A stretch of 61,639 bases of DNA from a virus (IMGVR_UViG_3300045141_000205:1-61639); one strand, 5' to 3'; counted from the first letter of the stretch, positions 34,846-44,616 are shown. Notes: generated by a model not told the origin, from the letters alone. Numbers and translations: made by a program.

Positions 34846-37443
34846 TCAACGAGCCATCGCTCCTGGCTGCATCTGCTCGGCCTGCTCGATCTCCCCCGGC
34901 GTCATCAGCGTCGCCTTCTGGCAGTTGGGGCAGATGTCGCCCTCCAGCATCCCGTCCCCGGCGTCGGCAGGAGCAGCGGCGTTGCCCGGCGTCGAGGTCG
35001 GGCTGGCCGCACCGGCCTCGAACCCACAGGCCGGGCAGAACAGGTCGGCCACGGAGTCACCGGGAGTACCGGGCAGGCCACCGCCCTCCTCGTCCTCGGT
35101 CTCCTCCTCCAGGCCGTCGACCTGCTCACCGGGCTCCGCAGGCGACTCGGGCTCGGGGGCGTTGGGTCCCTTGGTGAACGGCTCCCCGCCCTGGTTGATG
35201 TGCTGGGTGGCCGCCTCCGGGTCCTCGGGGCCGCCGACCACATCGCCGTCCTCGTCGACCTCGTCCTCGTCGACCGGCTCGCCGACATCTCCGAGGCCCC
35301 GGACCTCGCCCTCCACGACGCCATCCTCGCCCTCCTCGTCGGTGGGCTCATCGGCCTCCTCGCCCTCGGCACCGGGCGCCACGTCACCGTCCTCGTCCAC
35401 CTCGGACTCATCGACCGGGGGCAGGTTGGCGCCGACGTTGGGGTTCTGGTCGTTGGGATCGCCGGAGGCCGGGTCGGCCCGCAGGTCCAGCAACTTGGCG
35501 GCGTCCAGGTCCGGGTCCCGGAACATCTTGGGCGGGGTGACGAACCCGCACACCTGGCACTGGTCGCCGTCGAAGGCGTCGTTCTCCCCGCACACCGGGC
35601 AGGCGTCCTCGCGCAGCGTGTCCACGTTCACCGGGGCCTTCACCTCTCCGTAGGCCAGCACCTGGAGCCCGGCGATGTAGCGACGGGTCAGGGTCTCCAG
35701 GCTGGCCAGGCCACCGTGCCGGGTGATCCGGGCGTTGCGGACCAGTCCCTCGCCGCCGCAGTTCTTGCAGGGCTCCCGGTGCTCCCAGGGGTTCACGCCC
35801 GGGGGCACCGGCCCTGTGGCACGCACATCGCCTCTGCCCTTGCAGGACGGGCAGGGCACGTTCGTCGCGGGCTTGGTGGTGCGATCCAGCCAGTCGTCGA
35901 ACGACTCGCCCTCGCCGGGCATGTCGTGGTGGCTGAACCCCATCCCCGCGCTGTCGCCCCAGGAGTCTGCCCCAGCCGGACGCCGGTTCTCCTGCTCCAA
36001 CTGGCGGCTGATCTCCTCGTGGGTGGACTGCTGCTCGTGCATCGGGGTCGGCGGCTCGTACGGGTGCTGCTGACCGAAGGGCTCGCCTCGGAAGTACAGG
36101 CCGTTGGCCCCGCTGTAATCGGTCCCGGTGTCGTAGTAGTTCCGGCTCGGACGGGAGCGCGGAACGCCCTGGGGGTGCTCGGGGTTGAAGCCACGGGCCT
36201 GCGGGGGAGCAGCCGTGGTGCCGCTGTGCTCGACGGCGTTGTCGTGGACCTCGCCGGAGTGGTGGTTGATCGTGAAGCCGTCCTCATAGGGGTGCAGCAC
36301 GGTGTCGGTGTGCAGCCCGTACTTGCCTCGGGTGGGCTCGGTCTCCCGACTCCACCCCTCCTGGCCCCAGTGGTGCTCGGGGTAGATCGAGCCACCCGAA
36401 GGGTTGTGGGCGATCACCCGCTCCGGGGCGCCCGCAGCCTTGGACGGGTTCCGCATCAACTTCATGTTGGACGGCAGGAAGGCGTTGATCCGGGACCGGG
36501 TGGTCGAGGAGTCCCAGCCGCCCGTGTCCACCGTGATGTCGCCGTTGTCGCGGAACCCCATGATGTTGGTGTCGTGGTGCCGGACGAAGGTCTGGCCCTG
36601 GTCGTCCTTGTGCATCCAGGTGTTGTTGGCGATCGGCACATGGCCCGAGCGGCCCTTGTAGGTGCGGTACTTCCTCTGTGCCGCATCGGGGTCGATGGGT
36701 CGAGCCGACGCCTTCCAGATGTGGTCCAGCACGTCCAGCATCGCGGTGCGCTGCATGAGCCCTCCTCGCTTCTGCTGCACCAACTTCTGGCGCTGCCTGT
36801 GCCTGGTCTTGCGGCCACCCCCGGCCTGCTCGCATGCAGGGCAGACCCCAGTCTCCCCTGGGCCGAGCCGGGCGCCGCAGTTGCTGCACGATCCCGCCTG
36901 GTTGAGCGACAGGTCCAGCGGCGGCAGGTCGGTGAGCCGACGCATCTCCGCATCGCTGATGGCCCTGCGCCTCATGGAGGCCTCCTTGCGGCCAAGTTGC
37001 AGGTCGTGGCCGCAGTCGTCGCAGGAGTCCTCGGGCATCAGTTTGCCGGTGGTCAGCGGGTAGTAGGGCTCCATCTGGTGCCCAGCCGAACGCCGGTCCT
37101 CCGCGCACGAGGGACACAGGGTGGTGTCCTTGCCCGGCCCGAAGTTGTCCTTGGTCCAGCCGACCACCTCGGGGTGGTCCTTGTAGTGCTCGTACTCGGT
37201 GGGCTCCTCGACCCCGGAGACCGCCGTGTTGAACTCGTGCTCGGGGTGCTCGCAGTTGTCATCGGACCTTGCCCAGTGCCGGGCCGCCTGCTGGGGGTCC
37301 TTGCCCATCTGGTGGGCGCAGGCGTCACAGAAGACCCGGCTCCCGGTGATGAACCCGCTCCTGCCGGACTCGTTGTACTGCCGGAGCCGGTGCCCGTCCT
37401 GGTACTCGTCGCCGGGCTTGGTGCCCTGGGTGCGCTCGCTCAT
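34846..37443 (-). CDS. Modular Zn-ribbon head protein (865 aa)
   Basis: ATG at 37443 with GGAGGAGG RBS and TGATG overlap; many CxxC pairs; IANNT...TGGW..TT..RIN domain; acidic C-terminal region. Confidence 0.7.
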   Translation of the reverse strand: MSERTQGTKPGDEYQDGHRLRQYNESGRSGFITGSRVFCDACAHQMGKDPQQAARHWARSDDNCEHPEHEFNTAVSGVEEPTEYEHYKDHPEVVGWTKDNFGPGKDTTLCPSCAEDRRSAGHQMEPYYPLTTGKLMPEDSCDDCGHDLQLGRKEASMRRRAISDAEMRRLTDLPPLDLSLNQAGSCSNCGARLGPGETGVCPACEQAGGGRKTRHRQRQKLVQQKRGGLMQRTAMLDVLDHIWKASARPIDPDAAQRKYRTYKGRSGHVPIANNTWMHKDDQGQTFVRHHDTNIMGFRDNGDITVDTGGWDSSTTRSRINAFLPSNMKLMRNPSKAAGAPERVIAHNPSGGSIYPEHHWGQEGWSRETEPTRGKYGLHTDTVLHPYEDGFTINHHSGEVHDNAVEHSGTTAAPPQARGFNPEHPQGVPRSRPSRNYYDTGTDYSGANGLYFRGEPFGQQHPYEPPTPMHEQQSTHEEISRQLEQENRRPAGADSWGDSAGMGFSHHDMPGEGESFDDWLDRTTKPATNVPCPSCKGRGDVRATGPVPPGVNPWEHREPCKNCGGEGLVRNARITRHGGLASLETLTRRYIAGLQVLAYGEVKAPVNVDTLREDACPVCGENDAFDGDQCQVCGFVTPPKMFRDPDLDAAKLLDLRADPASGDPNDQNPNVGANLPPVDESEVDEDGDVAPGAEGEEADEPTDEEGEDGVVEGEVRGLGDVGEPVDEDEVDEDGDVVGGPEDPEAATQHINQGGEPFTKGPNAPEPESPAEPGEQVDGLEEETEDEEGGGLPGTPGDSVADLFCPACGFEAGAASPTSTPGNAAAPADAGDGMLEGDICPNCQKATLMTPGEIEQAEQMQPGAMAR

Positions 37444-40400
37444 CAGTCCTCCTCGGCGAAGTACCGGACCAGGGTCGAGGTGAACCCGTGCCGCTCGCCG
37501 TACGACGGCTTGTCCAGGGGATGGTTGAAGTCGTCGTAGGCATCGCCGTTGTCCCGCACCCAGCGGTGGAACTGCTGCTCGAACCGGCGCTGGGACCAGC
37601 CGTGGGGGATGCCCGGGGAGGCGTCGCTCATGGTGCCCTTGCTCTGGTCGAAGCCGGAGATGCCGGGAGAGTCCACCGGGGCGTCGCCCTGGTAGATGTG
37701 GATGCGGGAGCCCCCGGTCCACTCGGCCCGGTAACCGGACGGGTGCTCGGCGTAGAACCGCTTGGGGCCAGCAGCCAGCCGCACACCCTCGCGCCGGATG
37801 TAGCCCTTGCCGTCGCACTTCGCGCAGGAGGTGTGCCCGGGCTCGCCGTCGCAATCAGGGCAGACATCCTCATCGGCGCTCTTCAAGAGGTGCCGCATCA
37901 TCTTGTGCGCCTTCTGCTCGGAGGCCATGTCCGAGGGCACCCGGGCCAGGTCGTCGCGGATGTCCTGCTGCTCGGCCATCTGGCCGTACAGGTCGGCATG
38001 GTTCTCGGCGTGCTTGTCGACCGCAGCCTGGGCGTTGTAGACCTGGCTCATCACATGGTCGGGGATGGAGCGGGCGGGCGCTCCCCAGGCGTTGGGGACG
38101 AACCGGTTGTTCTTGGCCTCGTAGTCCCAACCGCCACGGGGACGGCCTCCGGGGTTGCCCGGGTGCGGCGGGCTCATCTGGTCAGCGTGGTAGAGCGTCA
38201 CCGACTGGCTGGGCTTGGCTCCGTACTGCTCGCGGAGGCTGCGATCCGGCATGTTGTCGTGGATGTGCACCTCCCACCGCTTCGTCTTCGGGGCTCGCCA
38301 GAACAGGCTCGGCTCGTCCATCGAGTCACCGATCCAGGTGCCTTCCTTCCGGACGGCGGTGGTCTCGCCACGGCGCCAGACGTGCACCTGCTCACCCACG
38401 TCGTGGTGGCGGATGCCGGGGGCCTTGGAGCCCCGCTGCCGCCAGGCCAGGGTCACCTGGTCGCCCCGGGTCATGGTCTTGTGCACCCGGGTCTTGCCGG
38501 AGATGTCCAGGAAGTCTCCCTCCCCGACCTCCTCGGCAGGGACGGTGTGCCGGACCAGGCCCTTGCCGGAGTTGTCGCCGACTGCGGAGTACTTGGTGGG
38601 CTGGTCGTTGGGGAAGGCGCCGTGCCACTTGTTCACCTCGTCGCCGTCGTAGTCATGACCCCAGCGGGCGTGGGTGAACCCCTGGTTGTGCAGGTCGATC
38701 AGAGCCCGCACCCGGGGCTCGTAGACCTGAGCCATGCCCGCAGGGCTGTAGATGCTCTTGGGATCGGTGTCGCCGTTGCCTTCTGCGGCCCGGGCCGCGT
38801 AGTCGCCGATCGCCTTCTCGATGGGCTGCACGCCGGTCGAGGGGTGCACCGGCTGGAAGCGACCCTTGCCGTCCCAGTAGGTGTCCCGCGACTGGACATG
38901 GGTGTGCCCCTGATCGCGGAGAGCCTGCAACTCCGTACGGGCCTGCTCCCGGTCAGCCTCCGAGTGACCGACCATCTTCTTCGCCCCGTCGTCCCAGTGC
39001 TGGAGCATCAGGGCGATCGGCTCGGTGTTGCTCGCCGTCGCCTGGAGGCTGGAGTACTTGGTCGGCCCCTGGTGCTTCTGGTCCAGCAGCCACCCGGCCT
39101 CGGGCTCGGTCTCGTGGAAGTGCCTGCCGATCTCCCGGCCCAGGTCCTTCTCCTCGGTGGGCTGGAGGTCGTGTTTCATCCAGCCCGGCATCCCGACGCC
39201 CTGCTCGTACATGTGCTGGGGGTGCTCGGTGCAGTCGTAGTTGTTGCAGTCCCAGGCGCCGTGCCCGTCGTAGGGCTGCTTCTTCGGCTTGCCCCAGGCG
39301 TCCAGGCCCAGGGACTCGTTCTTGTCGAAGTGCTCGCGCCAGGTGTGCGGCTCCGGGTACCGGTGGCAGTTGTCGCACGGATCGTCTAGCCAGGAGTCGT
39401 CCTCCTCGGCTGCGGTCTTCCGGACGTTGAGGCTCTGGATCGGGGAGGGGTGGAACGGCCCGGTCTGCTCGGGCATCCCCCCGGCCCGCTCGGGGGCGAA
39501 GTTGGGGTTGAAGCCGTGCAGGTGCTCGATCAGGGCCGTCATCCCCGGCCCGGACTCCGACCAGTCATTCGTGGTCAGCGGGTCGGTCGGCGGATGGTTG
39601 TGCCCGTGCAGCCCAGCCGGGTTGGCGTGGTCACCGTCGTGGAGGTGCAGGTGTAGGTGCCGCACGCTGTCCTGAATCTCGCCGATGTTGGTGGGCTTCT
39701 CGATGCCGAGGTCCCGGCAGTGCCTGGCCACGTCCTTGGTGTCGATCCCGTGGTCGACCCGCATGTGGTCCACTAGGTCCCAGCCCATCTGCTTGCGGGT
39801 GTTGTCGCGCTTCTTCTGCTTCCAGATCTCCTGCCAGTGCTGGGGCGTGCCCCCGTCGTTGGGACCGCCGACCGCCGTCTTCCGGACAGCGGTGTGGAAG
39901 TGGGACTCGTCCAGGAACTGCCCCGGCATCCCCTCGTCGGAGTCGCGGTGGTCGTGCAGGTGCAGGTCCCGTATCTCCTTGTGGGTCAGCGGACGGTCCT
40001 CGTCGGTCGCCGGTCCCAGGGCCGGGTGGTCCTCGTCGTGGGAGTTGCGCCAGAGGTCGCCGTCGTCGAGGTAGTGGGACTCGATCAGGTGCTGCTTGAG
40101 GTCCACCGGGTCCGAGAGGTTCACCACCCGCTTCTCGGCGTGCTGCTGCATCTCTGAGGCCCTCTGAGCGGCATCCCCGATGGCCCGGTAGACATCCATC
40201 GAGCGCTGGTCGAGATGGATGTGGTCGTTGGGCTTCCCGCACTCCGGGCACGGCTCGTCCTCGAAGGCAGCCATCTTCTTGAGGTGGGAGTCCCAGGTCT
40301 TCGCGAAGCCGGGATGCAGGTCGAGGCCCTTCATCTCCTCCGGCGTGTACCACTGGGTACCGCCCTCACCGGTCTCATGAGCGGCGTCCTCGCCACCCGA

Positions 40401-43400
40401 GGAGCCCCACCGGGACGGGGAGTCCATGACCACGGTATGGAACGCCCAGCCGCCATGCTCGTCGGAGTGGGTGTGGACGTGGGTCATCCCGTGCGGGACC
40501 CCACCGAGTTCCTCGTGGGACTCCCGGATGGCACCGTCCTCGGGGGACTCGTCGTGGTGCAGCGCACCCCCGGGGATGCCCCAGGTGTCGCCCTGGTCCA
40601 CCCAGGGCGCCCGGTGCTGGAGCAGGTACCGCCTGGTGCCGTCGTCCCCGGTGTGCCGGATCAGCAGCCCGGCAGCCCCAGCCGAGCCCCAGTGCCGGTG
40701 CCCCTGGTCGCAGGTGGTCCACTCATCAGCGCTGGAGTGCCTCGGGTCGTCGTCGGCTCGGTGGCTCCCGGAGTTGAGGGACTGCTTGAGCGGGGTGACC
40801 GGACCGAACTCGCGGTTGAAGAACTCCTTGCCGCGCTGCTCGTAGAACCCCTTGGTGGGCTGGCCGATCTCGCTGGGCCGGGTGGTGGCGTGCAGGGCGA
40901 TCTCGTTGCCGCAGGTCTTGCACTTGGACTGCTCGCCCTCGTCGGGGAAGGACCGGGCCTCGTGGTTGTTCGGGTAGGTGTGCGGGCAGGCGTCGAGCCG
41001 GTCCAGGTCCCCGCCACCGGCGTACCGCTCCAGTTCGTCCCGCGTCCGCTTCTCGTGGGCGTGCTCGTCGTGGTCCCAGTCCAGGTCGTCCTCACGGAGA
41101 TCGGTGAGCCGGTTGGGGTGGGCATCGGTCCGGTCCGGGTGGAGGTAGTCCCTGGCGAAGGACTGCTCGTGGTTCCTGGGGGCGAACTGGAGCGTGCGCG
41201 GGTGGGAGAACTCCCCGGTGTCGTAGGGGCGGTGGAGCAGCATCGGTGACTTCCCCGTGCTGTAGCCGTGCGGGTCGCCCTCGTAGTCCCACCAGGAGGG
41301 GTCGCGGACCTCCACCCGGAGCGGGTCGTCGGGGTGGGAGTGGTCGTGCGGAGGCGGCAGGGCGTCACCGCGATGATGACCAGCCGGGCTCCTCAGGTCA
41401 CCACCGTGCTCATGCTCGTGAATCCGGTGCACCAGGTTGACCCGCTCGAAGGCACTACTGAGGTCCTTGGCCCTGCCGAGCAGGGAGTCACCCTCCGCAG
41501 CGTTGGCGCCGGGCTGCTTCTGGAGCCGGTCGATGGTGTCTTCGAGTTCGTCGTGGGAGTAGCCGTGGTGCTCGGTCAGGTGCCGACGCAGCATCCGGGT
41601 CCGCTCCCAGTTGTCGTCGGTCTGCTCGGGCACCGAGTAGTTCAGGTCGTCCATCCCAGCGAAGAACTGCATCAGGCGGGAGTACCTGGTCGGCCCCTGC
41701 GACTGCTGGCCCAGGAGCCAGTCGGCGTCCTCGCCCACCAGGCCCTTCATCTGCTCGGCCAGGTCGCCGGGGATCGGGTCGCTGCCGTACAGGGACTTGG
41801 GCGCCCGGTAGTGGGGCTTGCCCCCCTGGTTGCGCTGGAGGATCTCGTACCGCCCGGGGTCGTGAATCTCGTGGTAGGGGTCCCGACGGGTGTAGTCGCC
41901 ACAGGTCGGGCAGTTCTTGATCAGGCCATTGGTGGTCTGGAACAGGTGCGGGTGGTCGCAGGCCTCCCAGCCACAGCGCTCGCACTCGTCGGGGTCGTCG
42001 CCCACATGCGGGTGGTTCATGGGGTGCTCGGCACGATCGTCGCCCGACCACCTGTCCACGGAGTTCTTCTCGACGGCGAAGTGCTGGAGCAGGGAGTACT
42101 TGGTCGGACCGTTCTCGCCGTTCTCACGGTGGTTCTGGTCGAGCAGGAAGCCCAGGGGATGATCGGCCAGGGCATCCCTGACGGCCTTCTCGGCGTCCTG
42201 GTACTCGTCGCTGTACGGGTTCAGGTGAGCAGGGGGCGCCATCTCGTGCTCACCCTTGGTGTGCCAGCCATCCTCGAACCCGGTCTCCTGGCAGTGCGGG
42301 TGGTCGCACTCCTGGTCGGCCTCGTGCTGGGCCACGCACTCCGGGCAGGTCGCCTGGCTCGGGTCGGTGTGCACGCGGTACTGGGGACCTCTGCGGTTGC
42401 AGTACGTCGGGGTCTCGGGGTGCCCGGGGTGCGTCGGCAGATGCACCAGGCTGGGGTCGTCCCGGGGGTCGGCCTCATCGTCGAGCGTCGACTCCACCAC
42501 CCGCATCCGCACCCGCCGACGGTCATCGGCGATGTGGTCCTCGTGGCGCTCCTCGGCGGACTTCCCCTGAGCCCTGGCCTCGTCGTCGCGGCGCAGGATG
42601 TCCTGGGCCGAGCGCAGGTGATCGAAGGCGCCCCGGTGCTCCTCGCACAGGGGGTGCCCACCGCCACCGAGGTGCGTCGCCGGAGTCGCCTTGGGGTTCG
42701 GCGCCAGAATCCACTCCTCGGAAGACCGGTGGGACGGGTACTGGCAGTAATCCGGGCTCCCCTTGTCCATGAGGCCGCGAATGGTGGAGGGGTCCAGGGA
42801 GCCGTAGCCGCGAGCCTCGGAGTCCCACCGGGCCTTCTGCCGGGCCTCGTCCTCCTGGCGCTTCGGGCTGTGCCAGTAGGCCACCCGGTCGGGGTTGTGG
42901 TGGTTGAGGTTGGACCCCCAGCCACACTGGGCGCACGGTCCGTCCGGGTCACCCTCGTGGAGATGCGGCTCGGTGCCGGTCTTCTTCTCCACCGGCCTCG
43001 GCGTGAAGGGGATGACCTCGCCAGCGAAGTGCTGGAGCAGGGAGTACCTGCTCGGGCCGGTCGGGTTGGACCGCAGGAACCTCATCGCCTGCTGGTCCGG
43101 GTCGGCGTCCTCGTAGACCTGGTTCACCTGGTGGATCGTGGAGCCCGGCAGCGGGCTGTGGCAGTACCGGCACAGGCCCAGGGTCTCGGCGCTCTGCCAG
43201 GCCTCCGGGTCGGTCCCGTAGCCGCCCCGGTAGTCGTCCTGGTGCTCGCCGTAGCAGAAGTCCGAGTGGTACTCGTCGCGGCGCGGAGGGTGCGGGAACG
43301 GCGCCGTGGCTGCGGTCTTGACCGCTGCCTTGCCGAGCCCGGAGTGGTCATCCACACCTGTGAAGAAGGCTGTGGGATCAGCGGGCTCCTCGACCAGCAG

Positions 43401-44006
43401 GGAGTTCTCGAAGAACTTCAACCCGAAGCAGGTCTCCCGGATCAGGTGCTCCTCCTGGGCGCCGGTGGAGGCGTTCCGCTTGAGCACCTTCTTGCCCTTG
43501 AGCCTCGGGATGTGGTTGCAGTACTCGGCGGGGGTGGTGGCCTTGTTGCCACACATCGAGCACAGGCTGTAGGCCACGTCGCAGCCCATCGAGGTCCGGT
43601 CCACCCGGCCCGTCCGGATCGCCTCGGCCAACTTCGGGAACCGCAGCGCGTCGACCTCCATCAGCACCTCGCACCAGGTGTCCTTGGCGCCGTCGGCCAG
43701 CCGGTCCCGGTGCAGGGCGGCGTCGATCACCACCCCACGGGCTCGCTTGTGGTTGTCGTTGTTGTGGTTGACGAAGACCGGCTTGCCGATGAAGGTCCGG
43801 TAGGCCTGCTCGATCTCCTCGGCGGGGAACTCGTCGTAGTTGTCGTTGGTCCTGCTGGAGATCGCCCGGGACCGGACGTAGAGGTAGCCCTGCCGAGGGG
43901 TGAAGTCGAAGTGGTGCTTGTGGGCCAGGGCCTGGAGTTGGGCCGGGCTGGCGTCGGTCGGGACGAGCACGCTGGACGTGACCTTGACCGTCGCGAACTT
44001 GAGCAT
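37443..44006 (-). CDS. Putative prohead protease polyprotein (2187 aa) with Nudix and Zn-ribbon modules
   Basis: N-terminal ~225 aa: TNDNYDEF...FIGKPVFVNH...RGVVID...SMGC...FFENSLLVEEPADP, resembling the His/Ser pattern of HK97/herpes-type maturation proteases. Nudix box GGALHHDESPEDGAIRESHEELG near 40.5 kb. Confidence 0.7.
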   Translation of the reverse strand: MLKFATVKVTSSVLVPTDASPAQLQALAHKHHFDFTPRQGYLYVRSRAISSRTNDNYDEFPAEEIEQAYRTFIGKPVFVNHNNDNHKRARGVVIDAALHRDRLADGAKDTWCEVLMEVDALRFPKLAEAIRTGRVDRTSMGCDVAYSLCSMCGNKATTPAEYCNHIPRLKGKKVLKRNASTGAQEEHLIRETCFGLKFFENSLLVEEPADPTAFFTGVDDHSGLGKAAVKTAATAPFPHPPRRDEYHSDFCYGEHQDDYRGGYGTDPEAWQSAETLGLCRYCHSPLPGSTIHQVNQVYEDADPDQQAMRFLRSNPTGPSRYSLLQHFAGEVIPFTPRPVEKKTGTEPHLHEGDPDGPCAQCGWGSNLNHHNPDRVAYWHSPKRQEDEARQKARWDSEARGYGSLDPSTIRGLMDKGSPDYCQYPSHRSSEEWILAPNPKATPATHLGGGGHPLCEEHRGAFDHLRSAQDILRRDDEARAQGKSAEERHEDHIADDRRRVRMRVVESTLDDEADPRDDPSLVHLPTHPGHPETPTYCNRRGPQYRVHTDPSQATCPECVAQHEADQECDHPHCQETGFEDGWHTKGEHEMAPPAHLNPYSDEYQDAEKAVRDALADHPLGFLLDQNHRENGENGPTKYSLLQHFAVEKNSVDRWSGDDRAEHPMNHPHVGDDPDECERCGWEACDHPHLFQTTNGLIKNCPTCGDYTRRDPYHEIHDPGRYEILQRNQGGKPHYRAPKSLYGSDPIPGDLAEQMKGLVGEDADWLLGQQSQGPTRYSRLMQFFAGMDDLNYSVPEQTDDNWERTRMLRRHLTEHHGYSHDELEDTIDRLQKQPGANAAEGDSLLGRAKDLSSAFERVNLVHRIHEHEHGGDLRSPAGHHRGDALPPPHDHSHPDDPLRVEVRDPSWWDYEGDPHGYSTGKSPMLLHRPYDTGEFSHPRTLQFAPRNHEQSFARDYLHPDRTDAHPNRLTDLREDDLDWDHDEHAHEKRTRDELERYAGGGDLDRLDACPHTYPNNHEARSFPDEGEQSKCKTCGNEIALHATTRPSEIGQPTKGFYEQRGKEFFNREFGPVTPLKQSLNSGSHRADDDPRHSSADEWTTCDQGHRHWGSAGAAGLLIRHTGDDGTRRYLLQHRAPWVDQGDTWGIPGGALHHDESPEDGAIRESHEELGGVPHGMTHVHTHSDEHGGWAFHTVVMDSPSRWGSSGGEDAAHETGEGGTQWYTPEEMKGLDLHPGFAKTWDSHLKKMAAFEDEPCPECGKPNDHIHLDQRSMDVYRAIGDAAQRASEMQQHAEKRVVNLSDPVDLKQHLIESHYLDDGDLWRNSHDEDHPALGPATDEDRPLTHKEIRDLHLHDHRDSDEGMPGQFLDESHFHTAVRKTAVGGPNDGGTPQHWQEIWKQKKRDNTRKQMGWDLVDHMRVDHGIDTKDVARHCRDLGIEKPTNIGEIQDSVRHLHLHLHDGDHANPAGLHGHNHPPTDPLTTNDWSESGPGMTALIEHLHGFNPNFAPERAGGMPEQTGPFHPSPIQSLNVRKTAAEEDDSWLDDPCDNCHRYPEPHTWREHFDKNESLGLDAWGKPKKQPYDGHGAWDCNNYDCTEHPQHMYEQGVGMPGWMKHDLQPTEEKDLGREIGRHFHETEPEAGWLLDQKHQGPTKYSSLQATASNTEPIALMLQHWDDGAKKMVGHSEADREQARTELQALRDQGHTHVQSRDTYWDGKGRFQPVHPSTGVQPIEKAIGDYAARAAEGNGDTDPKSIYSPAGMAQVYEPRVRALIDLHNQGFTHARWGHDYDGDEVNKWHGAFPNDQPTKYSAVGDNSGKGLVRHTVPAEEVGEGDFLDISGKTRVHKTMTRGDQVTLAWRQRGSKAPGIRHHDVGEQVHVWRRGETTAVRKEGTWIGDSMDEPSLFWRAPKTKRWEVHIHDNMPDRSLREQYGAKPSQSVTLYHADQMSPPHPGNPGGRPRGGWDYEAKNNRFVPNAWGAPARSIPDHVMSQVYNAQAAVDKHAENHADLYGQMAEQQDIRDDLARVPSDMASEQKAHKMMRHLLKSADEDVCPDCDGEPGHTSCAKCDGKGYIRREGVRLAAGPKRFYAEHPSGYRAEWTGGSRIHIYQGDAPVDSPGISGFDQSKGTMSDASPGIPHGWSQRRFEQQFHRWVRDNGDAYDDFNHPLDKPSYGERHGFTSTLVRYFAEED

Positions 44007-44017
44007 GCCGGTACCTC

Positions 44018-44053
44018 CACCCCTTCGGAGGCGTCAGCCTCCCAGGGACAGCA
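44018..44053 (-). promoter_or_regulatory. 36-bp motif, copy 9
   Basis: TGCTGTC-N9-CTGA-N7-GAAGGGGTG. Confidence 0.75.
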
Positions 44054-44121
44054 CAGGGGGCACCAGATCATCACCCCAAGACGGTGGTCGTGGGGAGAGG
44101 CCAGCCACTACGGTGTGTCCC

Positions 44122-44574
44122 GTGCAGAGTGCCGAGAAGTACATCCGCGTCCTGCTCTCCAACGCCACCAACCATCAACTGCTGGTGGCCATCCTCGAAC
44201 GACTCGACTCACTGGAGGCATCTGTGTCCGAACTCTCCCAGTCCGTAACCGACCTGCAAGGCGCTGTGGACGGGGTGGCCCAGCGGCTGCTCCCACACAT
44301 CGCCGACCTGGAGGCTGCCCTGGCTGCGGCCCAGGCCGACGACGCCACCGCCGCTCAGGCTCAGGCCGACGCCCAGGCCGCTGTGGCTGCGATCCGGGCA
44401 GAGGTGGACGCCCTGAACGCCCTCGGTACTGACCCGAGCACGCCGGTGGACACCGACGCTCCTCCGGTCGAGCCGCCCCCGGTCGAGGTGCCCGCTGACC
44501 CGGACGCCCCGCACGCGGACCAGACGTTGCCGGGCGACCTACCCACAGACCCCGAGGCCGGTGCACAGGCCTGA
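44122..44574 (+). CDS. Coiled-coil Ala-rich protein with Pro/acidic tail (second in-frame start at 44224)
   Basis: TACGGT 7 nt before GTG at 44122; internal GGAGG-N5-GTG at 44224; terminator follows. Confidence 0.65.
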   Translation: MQSAEKYIRVLLSNATNHQLLVAILERLDSLEASVSELSQSVTDLQGAVDGVAQRLLPHIADLEAALAAAQADDATAAQAQADAQAAVAAIRAEVDALNALGTDPSTPVDTDAPPVEPPPVEVPADPDAPHADQTLPGDLPTDPEAGAQA

Positions 44575-44584
44575 GAGCAACGCA

Positions 44585-44616
44585 GAAGGCCCCCTGGAGC
44601 GATCCAGGGGGCCTTC
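44585..44616. terminator. Hairpin terminator
   Basis: 14-bp stem GAAGGCCCCCTGGA/TCCAGGGGGCCTTC with a GCGA loop. Confidence 0.75.

Noticed and set aside
38370-38560. VPAEEVGEGD segment as an intein/Hint fragment
   Set aside because: No N-terminal Cys block or C-terminal HN motif; more like a small SH3-type barrel.
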